A DNA stretch of 55,359 bases, counting the filler, from Sphacelaria rigidula (taxonomy: Eukaryota), in assembly GCA_964200075.2 (NCBI GenBank). It is 4 parts of 4 records of this genome, joined end to end, with 100 filler letters (N's around TTAATTAATTAA, not from the genome) between each part and the next. Parts side by side here need not be neighbours in the genome. Positions count along the whole stretch, not along the records: positions 1 to 13,770 come from CAXNAA020002680.1; positions 13,871 to 27,636 come from CAXNAA020002681.1; 2 more parts are not named here. The stretch is one strand, 5' to 3'. Under the pieces are notes generated by a model that saw only the letters and a program-made list of their open reading frames with translations, did no database searches and was not told the DNA's origin. Positions 12,780-25,512 of the stretch are shown one piece after another (position 1 is the stretch's first letter; each line of letters starts with the position of its first letter). The translations under genes and the position numbers were made by a program.

Positions 12780-13555
12780 ATCAGCGATGACAAAAATATC
12801 CCCCAAGTTACGATTGGATGTTGCCGCAACCATCCTTGCTCGCATGTATGTGTGTGAGAACAGTAGCGGTGACGGAAACATCGTCCTGCTTTTCGACCAC
12901 GTCTCCTGGAGTGCACAGAGGTGCGTCCTGTTCTAAGAGAAAGGCCGAGAGGAATCGATCTTTGCATCAACAGGGTATTCTACAAAATGAGGTTCATCAA
13001 TGAAATGAGGTTTGAAGACCCTCCTAGCCGTTGAATATCAAACAGCCCTCAAGAGTACCGCACGACGGCGCTGATGTGTAATTTTGGGGAGGAGTAGGAA
13101 GTGCGTCCGTGGTTGCACATGCCGCTCATCCCTGGTTAGCTGCGGGCGACGGACCATAATAATGTGTATTTGAATGTCGACGATGTTCTCGCTTCTGTTT
13201 GTCTCGAGGCTTGCGTCCAGACAGAAATCTCGGGCGTCAAGTTGCTCGACAGTGACGTGCTGGGGGAATATCACTGCCAACGCAGTGATGTGCCGAGCGG
13301 ATGATTGAGCTTCCATGAAGAATGGGACATGAAAGAGCGTGAGTATTCTCCTTCTTTGACGGCCGATGCACAACATGAATATTTTATTTCATGACTCAAC
13401 CGTACTGCAAATACCCGTCGAGCTTTCCAATCCAGTTCAAGCATATATGATGCGGCAATGTCTCGGTCGAAAGAGAAATCGATGACATCCACCTCAATAT
13501 CGCTTCGTACCGTCCCGTCATACACACCATCGCAGCACACCATCATGCTACATGA
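12780..13555 (+). pseudogene. Decayed coding-like sequence of unknown family
   Basis: Long protein-like frame (LCINRVFYKMRFINEMRFEDPP...EVRPWLHMPLIPG...NVYLNVDDVLASVCLE...EEWDMKEREYSP) broken by scattered stops and frameshifts; no domain recognised. Confidence 0.3.
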
Positions 13556-13770
13556 CAGCATCTCGACCCCGCCCTGAATTGTACGTTCGCGTCCGCATCC
13601 CGACCTGTATGTCAACTTTTTGCTTTCACTCTCCAACTGCGCCACTGCAACTCGAGACTCCAGCGTCATCACTATTGCTATTGCAACCACCACCATCATT
13701 GCCATCGCCGTCACTTCCAGTATCACAGTCGTCATCGTCATCATCGGGGGCCACCTCGTCCTCCAACCCC

Positions 13771-13870
13771 NNNNNNNNNNNNNNNNNNNNNNNNNNNNNN
13801 NNNNNNNNNNNNNNTTAATTAATTAANNNNNNNNNNNNNNNNNNNNNNNNNNNNNNNNNNNNNNNNNNNN
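13771..13870. other. Artificial contig linker N44-TTAATTAATTAA-N44
   Basis: 100 bp spacer with a six-frame stop cassette; identical to the other two linkers. Confidence 0.98.
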
Positions 13871-14084
13871 CCCCCCCCCCCCCCTGAATACTTCGCGGGG
13901 AAGGGGAGCGGGGGGAGGGGGTTACTCCTGCACACGGCCGGCTGTTCCGGCGGAGGAACATGTTTCAGCCCTAACGCAGTTCGAGAGGAATGCTTGCGTG
14001 CTGTAGAGCAAGAGGTGATCATTTGTATACGACAAGAAGAGGGTGGGGGACACGTATTTAAGTACGCCTTGGTGTCCACACATA

Positions 14085-16400
14085 CAGGATGTACTAGGGG
14101 AAGTTGGTCACAATACAAGTTTGACACCACGATTTGGCATGCACTAGGGAGGGGTCTTCGCTCCATATAAAAGGGGGGTATACCCCTGAATACGGTAATA
14201 TAACAGCAGAGGAAATATTATAAAGCATAATCGAGCACAGCAAGTACCAGAGGACATTGGTGAGCAACGAAGTTCGACACCACAAGTTGAAAATCAGTAG
14301 GGTAGGCCCTTGTCCTTGAGGGAGGGTATGTATCGGAGTAGCCTCTTGCATACGTGCGAGCACCAGCGAAAATGGGTCAAGAGCGAAGTTTGACGTTACG
14401 ATTTGAACGCAGTAGGGTAGGCCTTTGCTCTACACACATAGGGGTATACCCCTGCTTCAGCACGACAGAGAAAGGAACGAAAATAGAGCATCATCAGACG
14501 CAGCGGGAATACTAGAGGAAATTGACTACCCAACAAAGTTTGACACCACAATTTGGCATGCAGCAGGGCAAATCTTTGCTCCATATCAAGGCGGGGTGTG
14601 TGCTCCGGAGTAACCTCTTGCATATGTGGGAGCACTAGCAAAGCTGGGTCAAGAGCGAAGTTTGAAGTTACAGTTTGAATGCAGTAGGGTAGGACTTAGC
14701 TCTACACACAAGGGGGTATACCCCTGAATTCGGCACGACAGAGAAAGGAACGAAATGGAGCATCATCAGACGCAGCGGGGATACTAGAGGATATTGGTCA
14801 CCCAGCGAAGTTTTGACACCACGACTTGGAATGCTGTAGGGTAAAACTTTGCTCCTTATCGAGGCGGGGGGTATGCTTCGAGGTAACCCCTTGCATACGT
14901 GCGAGCACCAGCGAAACTGGATCAAGAGCGAAGTTTGACTCCACCGTTTGAACGCAGTAGGGTAGGACTTAGCTTTACACGCAAGGGGGTATACCCCCGA
15001 ATTCAGCACGACAGGGAAATGAATGAATATAGCATTATCAGACGCAGCGGGGATACCAGAGGATATTGGTCAACAACGAAGTTTGACACCACAACGTGAA
15101 ATGCAGTAGGGTAGGTTTTTCCTCTCTAAACACGGGGGGTATAGTCGGAAGTGTGCCCTTACACACGCCGAGCATCGGCGAAACTGGGTCTAGAGCGAAG
15201 TTTGACTCTACGATTTGAATGCAGTAGGGTAGGCCTTTACTCTATATGCAAGGGAGGGGGGGTATTTTTCGAAGTAGTCTCTTTTTAATACGGCAAGCTC
15301 TAGCGACACTGGACCAAGAGTGAAGTTTTACTTCACGATTCGAACGCTGTAGGGTAGGATTTTGCTCTATATACAAGGGGGTATACCCCTCAATCCAGCA
15401 CGGCAAGGAAGTAAACAGATCAAACGACATTAAACAGTAAGTACCAGAGGAAATTGAATACCAACGAAGTTTGATACCACGATTTGAAATGCGGTAGGGT
15501 AGGTCTTCCTTCTATACACGCGAGGGGTATACTCGGAAGTACCCCTTTGGATACGGCAAACATTGACGAAACTGGGTCAAGGGCGAAGTTTGACTCCACG
15601 GTTTTGATATGCAGTAGGGTAGGTTTTCCTTCTATCCGCAATCGGGGGTATGATTTGAAGTATTTATTCCCTTGCAGTCGGCAAGCATTGACGAAACTGG
15701 TTCAAGGGCGAAGTTTGGCTCCACCCTTTGAATGCAGTAGGGTAGCCTTTTGCTCATTATACAAGAGGGTATACCCCTGAATGCAGCACTAGAAATAATG
15801 GAGAAGGAAAACACGAAACATCATCACATTGAGTAATATCGGAGGAAATTTCTCACCAATGAAGTTTGATCACATAATGCAGTAGGGTAGTGACTCTTTG
15901 TTCCATTTGCACCCACAGGAGGGGGTATGTATAAGGTGGAGCAAGGCTCAGAAAGGTTGGGAACGAAGTTTGATACCGCTACTTGAATACAAGTAGGTAC
16001 GTCACGAAGGGGTACACCCCTAAATATCGAAGTATAATGACGAAAAAGGACGACAAATACCCGAATTTTGATACGACCGTAGTAAAGTAGGGTAAGGGTG
16101 GGTCTTTCTTCTATGTCACGAGAGGGTACACCCCTGAATGTCGCAGTATAGTGATGAAAAAACCCGACAAATATCCGAATTTTGATACGATCGGAGTAAA
16201 GTAGGGTAGACCAACACAGACGACATGGACGGGAGTAACCCTCGAACTACAGCGGCAGCAGTAACTGAACAGTGGTGGAAAGTTGAAACAAATAAATGTA
16301 GTTGTAGAGTGTAGCGGTAGCATTGACATTTACTAGCAGTGTGAAGAGCCTCGGAAACGACAGCATGAAGTTTGACACAAGTTTGGAGACAGTAGGGTTG
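14085..16400. repeat. Higher-order tandem repeat with alternating ~150 bp (A) and ~120 bp (B) subunits sharing a GAAGTTTGACACCACGATTTGAATGCAGTAGGGTAGG head
   Basis: Head motif at about 14118, 14270, 14386, 14537, 14657, 14808, 14930, 15078, 15197, 15322, 15466, 15585, 15710, 15861, 15965, 16064, 16177 and 16367. A units carry the palindrome GGGGTATACCCC. Confidence 0.9.
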
Positions 16401-16659
16401 GCCGAAAACATGGGAAATAGTATTGTTTGTGGAAGAGCAGGATAGTCAGCAAGACACCCCTGACATCGTATGCGGAGTGGCGGTGAGTAAGGGGTACCCC
16501 TCTTCTCAAGGGAGCAGAATAAGCACTGTCGACATTCGACATGCTCATGGTTGAATAACTTCAATTACACCGGTGTATTCAGGGGTATAATGATGCTCAC
16601 CATCGCTAGGCAATTTCCACTCCACTACTGCTGCCGAATTCATTTAGAATTTAGTCGTA

Positions 16660-16825
16660 TAAAGCCCAACCCTACTGTCTTCAAAGTGCGTCGAAACTCC
16701 ATGTCTCAATTTTTCTGCGTCTTTACGTATCTCGTGTTTGCTGCATACAGGAGCAGTACCCCCTTGAATGCAGAACAAAGGTCTCTACCCTACGGTATTC
16801 AAATGGTTTCGAAACTTGGATGGTT
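16660..16825 (-). repeat. Inverted degenerate copies of the tandem-repeat head
   Basis: ccctactgtcttcaaagtgcgtcgaaactc and ctaccctacggtattcaaatggtttcgaaactt are reverse complements of the array head. Confidence 0.65.
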
Positions 16826-18479
16826 CGACCGTGAAATTCCTATGCACTGCCACGTGGAGGGAGGGGTATACATGTCGTTTTATATAATCATAGACGTGAC
16901 CAATATAAAGATACAACCACCCTACTGTTGTACCCGTACTACGTTGTACCGCACTGGGGGGGATGCGTCCGTCAAATCTTACGCTCGTCATAATGGTTGA
17001 CGAAGTTTCGTAGCACACACTTACCGCTGATTGGATGCAGGAGTGACAGTAGACACACACACATACACAAGGAAATTCAACATCAATCTTGCGACCTCCG
17101 ACGACTCTTGAACACTGACAGTAGAGTCCCATGCAAGGGGGTGCTGTCTGTACATCAGTATATACACCTCCCACCCAATACACGGCGTGTTTCAGGCCGC
17201 TGCGCCCTCTGAACTCTAGGGTACTACAGTGCGCACTTCACTCTGGGCGTAACGGTGGGTGGTCAAAGTTCGCGACAGCTAGAGACAGGTATTCCGTGCT
17301 TGAGTTCTCCGTACCAGTATTGCTGGAAGGATCGCGTTGTTGGAGAAGGTATCACTTGACACCACAGCGACCCTCAGCGTCTGTTATAAGTGGTATCCGG
17401 TTTTGGTGGATCGACTCCACCTCGAGCCCACATCACTAGGCTCCCGGACGGGAACAACAAGGGGTGTGTGTCACAACGGGGATAGTGTATTGTCCGTGCT
17501 GCATGTACTATCAACTTTATTGCACTCTGACTGACGTTACATACTGCGTGTACAAGAGACGGTAGGCATTTCGTTGATGGTCGCCGGGTCGCGGTACTCC
17601 ACGGAGTCCACGTGTTCCACCTACTGTTCGTACTCATGTCCGAAGTGACGGAGCTACCCTCATGTATTTTTACATGTACTTTTCCAGTACCGTACAGCAG
17701 TATTCTTCATGATGTCTATACGTGACCAGGATGCAGCAGCTGCGTAACTGCACCGTACTACTGCCTTGCTCTTCTGTAAGAGAGAGTGCGGTAAAGCTGG
17801 TGTCTGTTCACCTGCTACTGTGTCGCTACGCTTCCGCGAATGCGCGGTGAACGGACGTGGAGTTGGACGAAAGGAGCTGATGAAGGCACGTGCATGCAGA
17901 ACATAAAAACATCAGAATGTCCCTACCCCTACACTCACAGCAATCGCCGTGCGGCCAAACATTCGGCGAAATCTAGAACACGAATTGCAATTGTCCTGTG
18001 ATTAATTCCTCCTCGCTCCTTTCAGCGGACAACACAACAATGCCACTCGCTGCGCTTTCTTCGACTGTGACGCACAGCATGTCCACTCACTACAGTTGTA
18101 GGGACTATTGTGCCATATCTGGTACACCCCACATTACATTACACATGTAAAAGTGCTTTTCAAGCGGTGAGGTCTCGATGGCAGAACCCGAGAAGACAGT
18201 ATTTACTATAGCTGGCTAATGAGTCTACAGTACAACAGTAAGTAGTTGGTGCACGTGCGGAGAGTACCATCTCTTACTTCATTACTCGTAACTCAACCAT
18301 GTTATTGTGTGCAGTGCAGTACAGACAGTGCAGCGAAGCTTGTACTGCATACATGTATCCTGCGTTGGTGTAAACACCTCTCGCAGCTTGATTCGGCACC
18401 AAATAGCGGCTTGTTTATAGCCCCTTCTGGTGTAGACTGGAAGGGTTCCCGCTCGCAGAACGTCGAAGCCGAGGCATCT

Positions 18480-19570
18480 TACGGAATTAATTCGCTGGCT
18501 TCGGCTTGATGAATGAAATCAATCAACCCCAAAACCTGTTTTTCGGTGCAGGTAACACCGTCGTTCCAGAGATAATAGATGGCCAACCACGCCGCGCGTG
18601 TAAGTCCTAGCTCGTAGAGACATCGACGTACATGGACAAATACTCCCATAGGTAAGACTTCCGTCTGCCTGTAGGCAGAACTGCTGGTATCTTGGGGCTA
18701 TGTATAACACTCCTCGCATCTGACTGATGGGTTCCTCCGTATGGGTTCCTCCGTGCAGCTGATTTCTCATGTTCGCGACAACCTATGACTATGGTGCTGA
18801 GGTATTGCGCATCAAATCAGGTCGGCATGGGGAAAATCTCGCTTGGAAGATTTCCATCGTGTACGTGAGTACGTCAACGGCGGTGTTGGGTTTCAAGGAG
18901 AGCAGTGGCGAAAGGGACGCCATCACCCGGGGGGTGGTATAATACTCTGCTCCAATTTTTCAGACCCTAGTCTTTACTCATTAATAAACCTGGCTCCTCT
19001 AGAATATTTAACAACGTTTCACACAACACGGATAGTTGTACCTGTGTTATTTGAACGACTCATCAGTCGGTGTAGGTCGACACTTCTGTGGATGAGGTTC
19101 TTCCCGAGAATATCAAGTTTTATGTTGTCGAGACGACATAACCTTGGGGGAACCGGGGTGGTATACACCGTCACCTGGCGTAACGTTCTCCTCCCTTTCT
19201 GCTTGCTCGACGAACATCTCACCGTGACACAATATTGCACACCGATTCTCGTACTTTTATGTAAGGGTGGTGTGATTCTAGTCGGCGTAGGTCTTGACGC
19301 CCACAAACGGGGCTCTTCCCAAGCAATCGACATTGTTACAAGACCCCACCAAGTGGCGGGGGTGCTATGCACCGTCATCTATGATAGTGGTTTTGATGTC
19401 ATTTTTGGTGCACATTGTACAACGGACCATACTCACGCGTTGAGATCCACAGGGAAATGCTTCTCCGTCTTGTCGTAGTAATAACGCGGATAGTGCTTCT
19501 GCAGCAGTTCATCAGGTGTGATCGCCATCGCCGTCGTCGTGACCGCCCCCTCCGCTTTCGGTGCTGCCAT
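18480..19570 (-). pseudogene. Decayed Vps62/DUF946-like gene
   Basis: ATG at 19570 gives MAAPKAEG...ITPDELLQKHYPRYYYDKTEKHFPVDLNA*, resembling the Vps62-type N-terminal motif (ll.kyaP.lyf...E.yfP). A downstream block VFVHVRR...WLAIYYLWNDG...QVLGLIDFIHQAE resembles the Y.ffY.fNg...H.gDwE region. Interrupted by stops and frameshifts. Confidence 0.45.
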
Positions 19571-22500
19571 GATGATTGAAACCGTCTGCCGTTTCACCGA
19601 AAAATGCAACTTCCACCCTGCTCACAACAAATGAACACGGGAAGGGCAGGTGCACAACTCTCTCCTCGAAACCTTGTGCTCGCTCAAAGTCTCACCGAAG
19701 CTGTAATTTGCCTCCGTTCCTATCGGTAGGTAAAAACTGTTTTTTTGTGAACGAACGTGTTGTGAAACTGCTGCGGTCGTCGCGTGAAGAGATTATACGT
19801 GAGCAGAACTTCTGTTGTGGGCGAGGACCGACCGACGACCCCAATCATCCAGTGAAACGCCAAATGCGTAACGAGGCGTTCCTGTAAAATAATCCCGCAC
19901 GGCACATCCGAAACTGCTCGGGTTATTACATCCGTCGAGGTTATGCCGCATACCCCGGTGAGATGAGCAAGCCTCCTCTGCACGTGACGCATCCTCCGTT
20001 CCGGGTAGCTAAGAAGATGGATATATCAAGCAAGCCTCGGCGCTGAAGTAGTCCTCATCATGCCGGCTTCAAAGAGACAGATTGATACTTTCGGCTCGGG
20101 CCAAAGGAATCCATCCGTTCATAAATGAAATGTGTAAAGCAGTTAAACCCGAGACGTGATATACTTGTAGCCCACATACTGTACCGTATGGGTGTAGATC
20201 GATAACCGCACGAAAGGGCAGCGATGTTATTCTCGCTTGCTTCAAAGCGCAACGAGAAGCGCAACGGCCGAAGAGGAGACGTTCACGCAGAATATGGATT
20301 TGACGCGACCCCACCTGCATGCAGAATATGAGCGCAGGCTGACGCGCCCTGCGTTCACGTTCCAGTTCAGCAGCAGCTGTCAGGGGTAACGACGATACAC
20401 CTCCCCGACATGATAGGGTGTGAGAGAAGTGTAAGGAACCTGGGCCGAAGTAAGTCCAAGTCATGCCACCATTGCCCTCGCTCCCGCGTGCCTTTTTGGC
20501 CCGCTATTTATTCCCTCAATGGGCATGTCATTTTTTTCTCCGAGGGCAGCGAAGGACGATTCAGGTACCGGACTTACACACAGAACTTCTCTCCTTGCTG
20601 TTCCAGCGTGTGATGTACAGTATGCATTGAAATGTGGGCGTGGCAGCAACGACAGCACTACGATCGTTGATGGTGTGGAGAGTTTAATGAACGAGTGCTG
20701 GGGGCATACAGCGAGGCCACAGCACAGTCGTACTTTCGCGTACCTCAGCGCTCTGTGAGGTAAATGTACAGCACAGGCGTTACCCCACCCGTGTTCTCGC
20801 TTGAACGTAATAGCGTGCAACTCCGTGGCGACGACCCCACCCGCGTTTCAAATCCAGTGTCAGGGACATATCAAGGGAGATCGAAAACGGTGGAATTACC
20901 ATAATAAGGACTGCTGCACCCCACCCCCCAACCGTCGGGCGGTGAAGCCCCCCCCACCCACCCCCCTTCACGCAAGGTCGTTGAAGTACGCACTTCAAGA
21001 TAGATTATCATGGCCCGTGTAGGAATTTGTTTATATTACATAAGTTCGACATAAACAACCTGACCTGAGAGAAACTATACAGCACAGGCCCGGAGTACAT
21101 CACCGCTCTCGACTGTAGTATACTGCACTGGACAACGATAACAATTAATTGTGTACGAAGTATACCTTGATAAGATATATATCGGAGTCATACGCCCACT
21201 GATCGTGTTCTCCCTTAGGATCATACCCACTCGCCGACGAGATAGCTTATACACATCGGCACGAGTCCTGTTATGATATATCGAAGTGCGTGGATCGGCA
21301 TTACGGATGGATATACAGTACCTGGTTCTGTGCGGTTGTGAAAACACGTATCTAGCAGTCGGTAGCATGCAGTAACATTCATCGTGAGCACTGTTCTTTT
21401 CCCGCATCTTACTGTTTGTTGCGGATCTTCGTTGTCGTCATGTGCATGGTACCTCAGCCATCAAAGATTACGCACAACACGAGAAGTGGCGTCCTTCGCC
21501 TTACCATCATATCCGCTGAGGCAACGTCATGTTTTGTTCAGACCCGAAGTACGCCCAGTATTCTTGACGCAAGTCAACGAATAGCTGGATACCTATCTGC
21601 GGGTTTTGTATGCATGCAAGACATTGTTTCCCCGTGCAAGAGCATGAGATGTAGGTACCACCACGCGGCGAACACTCATCCGAGAGGTACATATATCACA
21701 GGCCCTTCAGAAAAAAGTATTACGTAGACGCTATGATCATCTACGAAACACAAGTGCATGGCTAAAGGTTGGTTGGCCTGCAAGGCTGAATGCGTGAGTG
21801 CACGGGCACCCTATGACTACTACTGGCGAACCAAAGCCGTACCGTCAAAGTTAGCGTCATTTGATGCTTAATATGTGATGGCGTGGTTTGTCTCACACCT
21901 GCGGGTATGGAACGAAGATATCGGTTTATCCCACGTAGTGCTGTGACTGGGGAAAGTTCCAGTTAGACATCTTATGTTTTTCGGTATGCTTGCATAGAAG
22001 TCCGATTTTCGATATTATTGACATCCTGGTACATGTTATGAGCGGAATATTACGTTCAACACCGCAGACGCACTGTGCATTTTCGTAAGATTGCGGCAAA
22101 GCGGTTTCCCATCAAGGGGGAATCATCTTACCTGAGGTGATTCGTCGTGCGACAAACACAGCTCGCAGGAGGGGACGCACACAGCGCAATTATGTTCACC
22201 TAGCCTTATTGTTTTCATCTGCGGACATTGCTATTATTGCAATTGCACATACAGCCTCACGCACAGTGGTATGCTTAGGCCGTGGTATGCTCTACGCTCT
22301 ACACCAGCAGCACAATAAATAGAAGCAACCATATCTTCTCTGCGTCCTCCGAGGTTGAACAACACCAATGAACTGACTTGTAAGTAGGTCCTCTATCATC
22401 AGGTATGCTAAGAGAGTGCAGAATAGCATCGTCTGGCGGCGCGTAGTACCGGGCGAGGAGACAAGCGAGTCGTGTCATGGTAGGGGTTGCACATTTGGTG

Positions 22501-23522
22501 CCAGGTCTGTGTCTCATTTGAGGGTCTCGTAAGGTTAGAAGCTACACAAAAATATTGGTGAGAATATTCCCGTTTAAAATAAATTCAGGAATCTCTAGGC
22601 CATTGGAATGTTGATCGTGGCGTGCTTTCACATATTTTATATGCCAATTCGTAGATGAGATGTAGGGCTCCTACCGATTCAAACGTGAGAAATATTGTGT
22701 GCAACCCTGCCGTGGCATCACTCAAGGTCGAGATGGGAATCAAGCCAGGGTTGGCAAGAAGAGAGAGTGTGGAGATCTAGTTCACTTCCCCCAAGGAGAA
22801 GGAGAGACAAGAACAGAGAGAGAGGAACACGGCATGTAGTTTCCGATTCGCGACAAGTTCTACGCATAAAATCTCTAATCGATCGATGAACTGCTGAAGC
22901 CGAGCGCAGTTTTGAGACGGAGGAAGTTTCGCCATGGACTTCTTCGTCCTCGATCTTGTCTTTCTTCGCAGTACGGAGGAAAGCACTGAAAGTGTTTCTT
23001 GACAAATCAAACGACGATAAATCGACGAACAAATAGACAGACACGAAAACGAAAGCATGTACTATTGCTCGTTTCTCTTTCCCTTTCCGGGCCTGCAGCC
23101 TCGACAAACTCTATCGGATAGATTTTAAAAGACATGCTAGCGCCCCACGCCCGAACAACACACAAGGTGTCCCGTGGCGAGGAGCAAAGATGCACGCAGC
23201 TCTTCTGTGGCCCACCACCGTCTTTCAAAGGGGATCTGACTTGGTGTCGAAGAGGTTCCCCCCTTCCCCCCTATTTTCCCTCAAGCTGCGCAGCGGCATC
23301 GAGAATACCTCAACCGCTGGACTGATGCTGCTGCGATAACCACGCTCAGAGGAGTGGCGGTTTGAGGAGGCAAACGCTACATTCAAGTCAAAATGACAGA
23401 AGCCGAGCACACTGAGCAGCTGGGAAATCCCATGCTTGGGATCGTTTCACGGTTAGGACGAATAATCACGGGTTCGAATCACCAAATCCACGATTTCTTC
23501 GGCCTGATTGCCCAAAGGGGGG

Positions 23523-23601
23523 CGGGGGGCGTACTCATTTGTTGCTTGCCTTAGTCATTTGACCATTGACCACGCATCCCTTTCGAGACGGAGCGGAGCA
23601 G
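23523..23601 (+). mobile_element. Short G-tract-headed dispersed repeat (family X), copy flanked by direct repeats
   Basis: GGGGGCGTACTCATTTGTTGCTTGCCTTAGTCATTTGACCATTGACCACGCATCCCTTTCGAGACGGAGC, flanked by CCCAAAGGGGGG at 23511 and 23602. Confidence 0.75.
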
Positions 23602-25438
23602 CCCAAAGGGGGGGGGGGGAAGTTGACCGCTGGTCCAAGGGGTATCCACGCAACGTTTTGCGCCATTCCACGTGTCTGGGCTATGTGTGCATGGGTTGCA
23701 ACACTGAAAAACAAAGCCTAGGGATTGATTCGTACGATTCGAATCAATTTCACTAAAACCAAGTAATTTCCAGACGACTCATTGATTTGCCATATGTAGC
23801 CCATATAAGGCGCCTCGTGCAATCTGAAACCAGCTATCATGCGCTGTACGATCGGTTTCTTCGTAACAGTTTTGGAGCTGGTTTGGGGGGCGGCTACCGC
23901 GGCACCACTCGCCGGTGGGATACCATCAGCGTAATCATGTGTACTCGGAAAGTAAATGAATGGATGCTGTGTGTATCAATACGAGCCGTTTAATGATACA
24001 GGGGAGAGGGAACCCGCCAAAACCGCGGGTACGCGAAGCATATAGAGCGCGAGTGACAACGGAAGGGCGGCAGAAGCCCGGAAAAGGGGAGACTGTTTCC
24101 CCCCAAGCGTCTTGCGTACGTGTGGGGCCGGTGACACACGCTTGTGGACTTTCTCGAGAACGCTTTCTCGGTCTATATTCTCCCTTACAATTATCCTTAC
24201 ATGTACACTAGCACCATACGATCACGACCCTATGCTTTTGACACGGCCACGTTTTGCACTTGGCAACGCTGTTCAGAGATGTGGTGGGTGACTGGGAAAT
24301 CATGAGCTGCTCGTGCTATTGGCGGCATCCACAACGCTGCTTCCCGAGACACCTCACCCATCCTAGATTTTTAGTTGTGCGGGATATAAATAAACCCCAA
24401 CCATCATGACGGGTGCTTCGATAAATGTGCTCAGTCGTCGGGGAAAGTCGATCGGGAGAGGCGGCGCATCACTCAACTATTGCATTCGTCTGTTGCTAGC
24501 TGTTAGACCATCGTCCACGCGTCCTCGAAGGAACGGAAGATAGGCGGAGCGTCGTTGTCAGTAGAACAATCGACCCCCGATGACCATGAGCTACTCGTCT
24601 TTTCCTTCGCCCGAGGTGGCTAAACAAGCTATCCCTTGCCCAACTGAATTGAAAGTACAGACAGCAACCTGAGAGGGGCGAGGGAGGGGTGGTGAGGTTG
24701 AGTTCCCATCAGCCCGAATGACGTTATGTGGGGCGGAAAGGGACTGCAGATTCCGCACGACTGCGATTCGTGATTGGAGGAGACTATCATACCCTTAGAC
24801 CTGAACGAAAATGCCTGCAGATGTATATATTTACGGGAAACATAAACACACTGCAAAGCGGATCATGCCTGGCTCATGCAGTACGTCGAACTAACTTCTG
24901 AGTTATGTATCATTTAACGGGGGTCATGCATGCAGTGGAAGCTGCGTGACTACCTGTGAGGTCCATGCCCATGCCCATGGCCTGGCGAAGTGTGTCGTGT
25001 ATATATCTGGTCTCGCTCCCCTCCTCCTCAGCGTTAGGCGACTCTAGCCCATCGTTACCGCCAACACATACTACACAGAACAAACAGGTGCTATTATCCA
25101 GAAATCTCTAAACATTATCCTTCGGGACAATATCCCGAGAACGCTCGTAGAGAGCACACCAACACGACGAGTTTCCGCAAGAACAATGTACCGCCTGGTG
25201 CTGCTGCTGCTCCAGCGTGGCGGAGCTTCAGAACCATTGCGGTCGACAGCAATCGCGATAGATGAGAGTACAAGTAGTGCTTCAACACAAGACATGGCAC
25301 CTGATACGTGCGGACCATACACACCGGGATGATTTCGTACCATCGCTCGGAATATCAGGTTCCGACGCCATGGGGCGTACGTACCGCAGTGTCCTCGTCT
25401 CAGAACGAATCGCTCAAGCCACGTAGACGAGTATGGTA

Positions 25439-25512
25439 AGGGGGGGGCACATTCATTTGTTGCTTGCCTTAGTCATTTGACCTTTGACCACGCGTCCCTT
25501 TCGAGACGGAAC
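25439..25512 (+). mobile_element. Family X dispersed repeat copy
   Basis: Near-identical to 23523-23594; imperfect flanking direct repeat acgagtatggta/acgaatatagta. Confidence 0.75.

Noticed and set aside
13815..13826. TTAATTAATTAA as a biological motif
   Set aside because: Embedded symmetrically in N runs three times; an assembly linker.
14485..14775. Hammerhead ribozyme (CUGAUGA on the minus strand of A units)
   Set aside because: Present in only two units, with no stem II followed by GAAA and no stem III/NUH arrangement.
14085..16400. CRISPR-like repeat-spacer array
   Set aside because: The intervening sequences are themselves repeated (A/B bodies), units are 120-150 bp and degenerate, the context is eukaryotic and no cas genes are present.
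18843..19478. 211-aa plus-strand ORF
   Set aside because: Antisense to the more protein-like Vps62-type relic; no recognisable motif.
23440..23485. tRNA gene from the GGTTCGAATC B-box
   Set aside because: No acceptor, D or anticodon stems can be formed.
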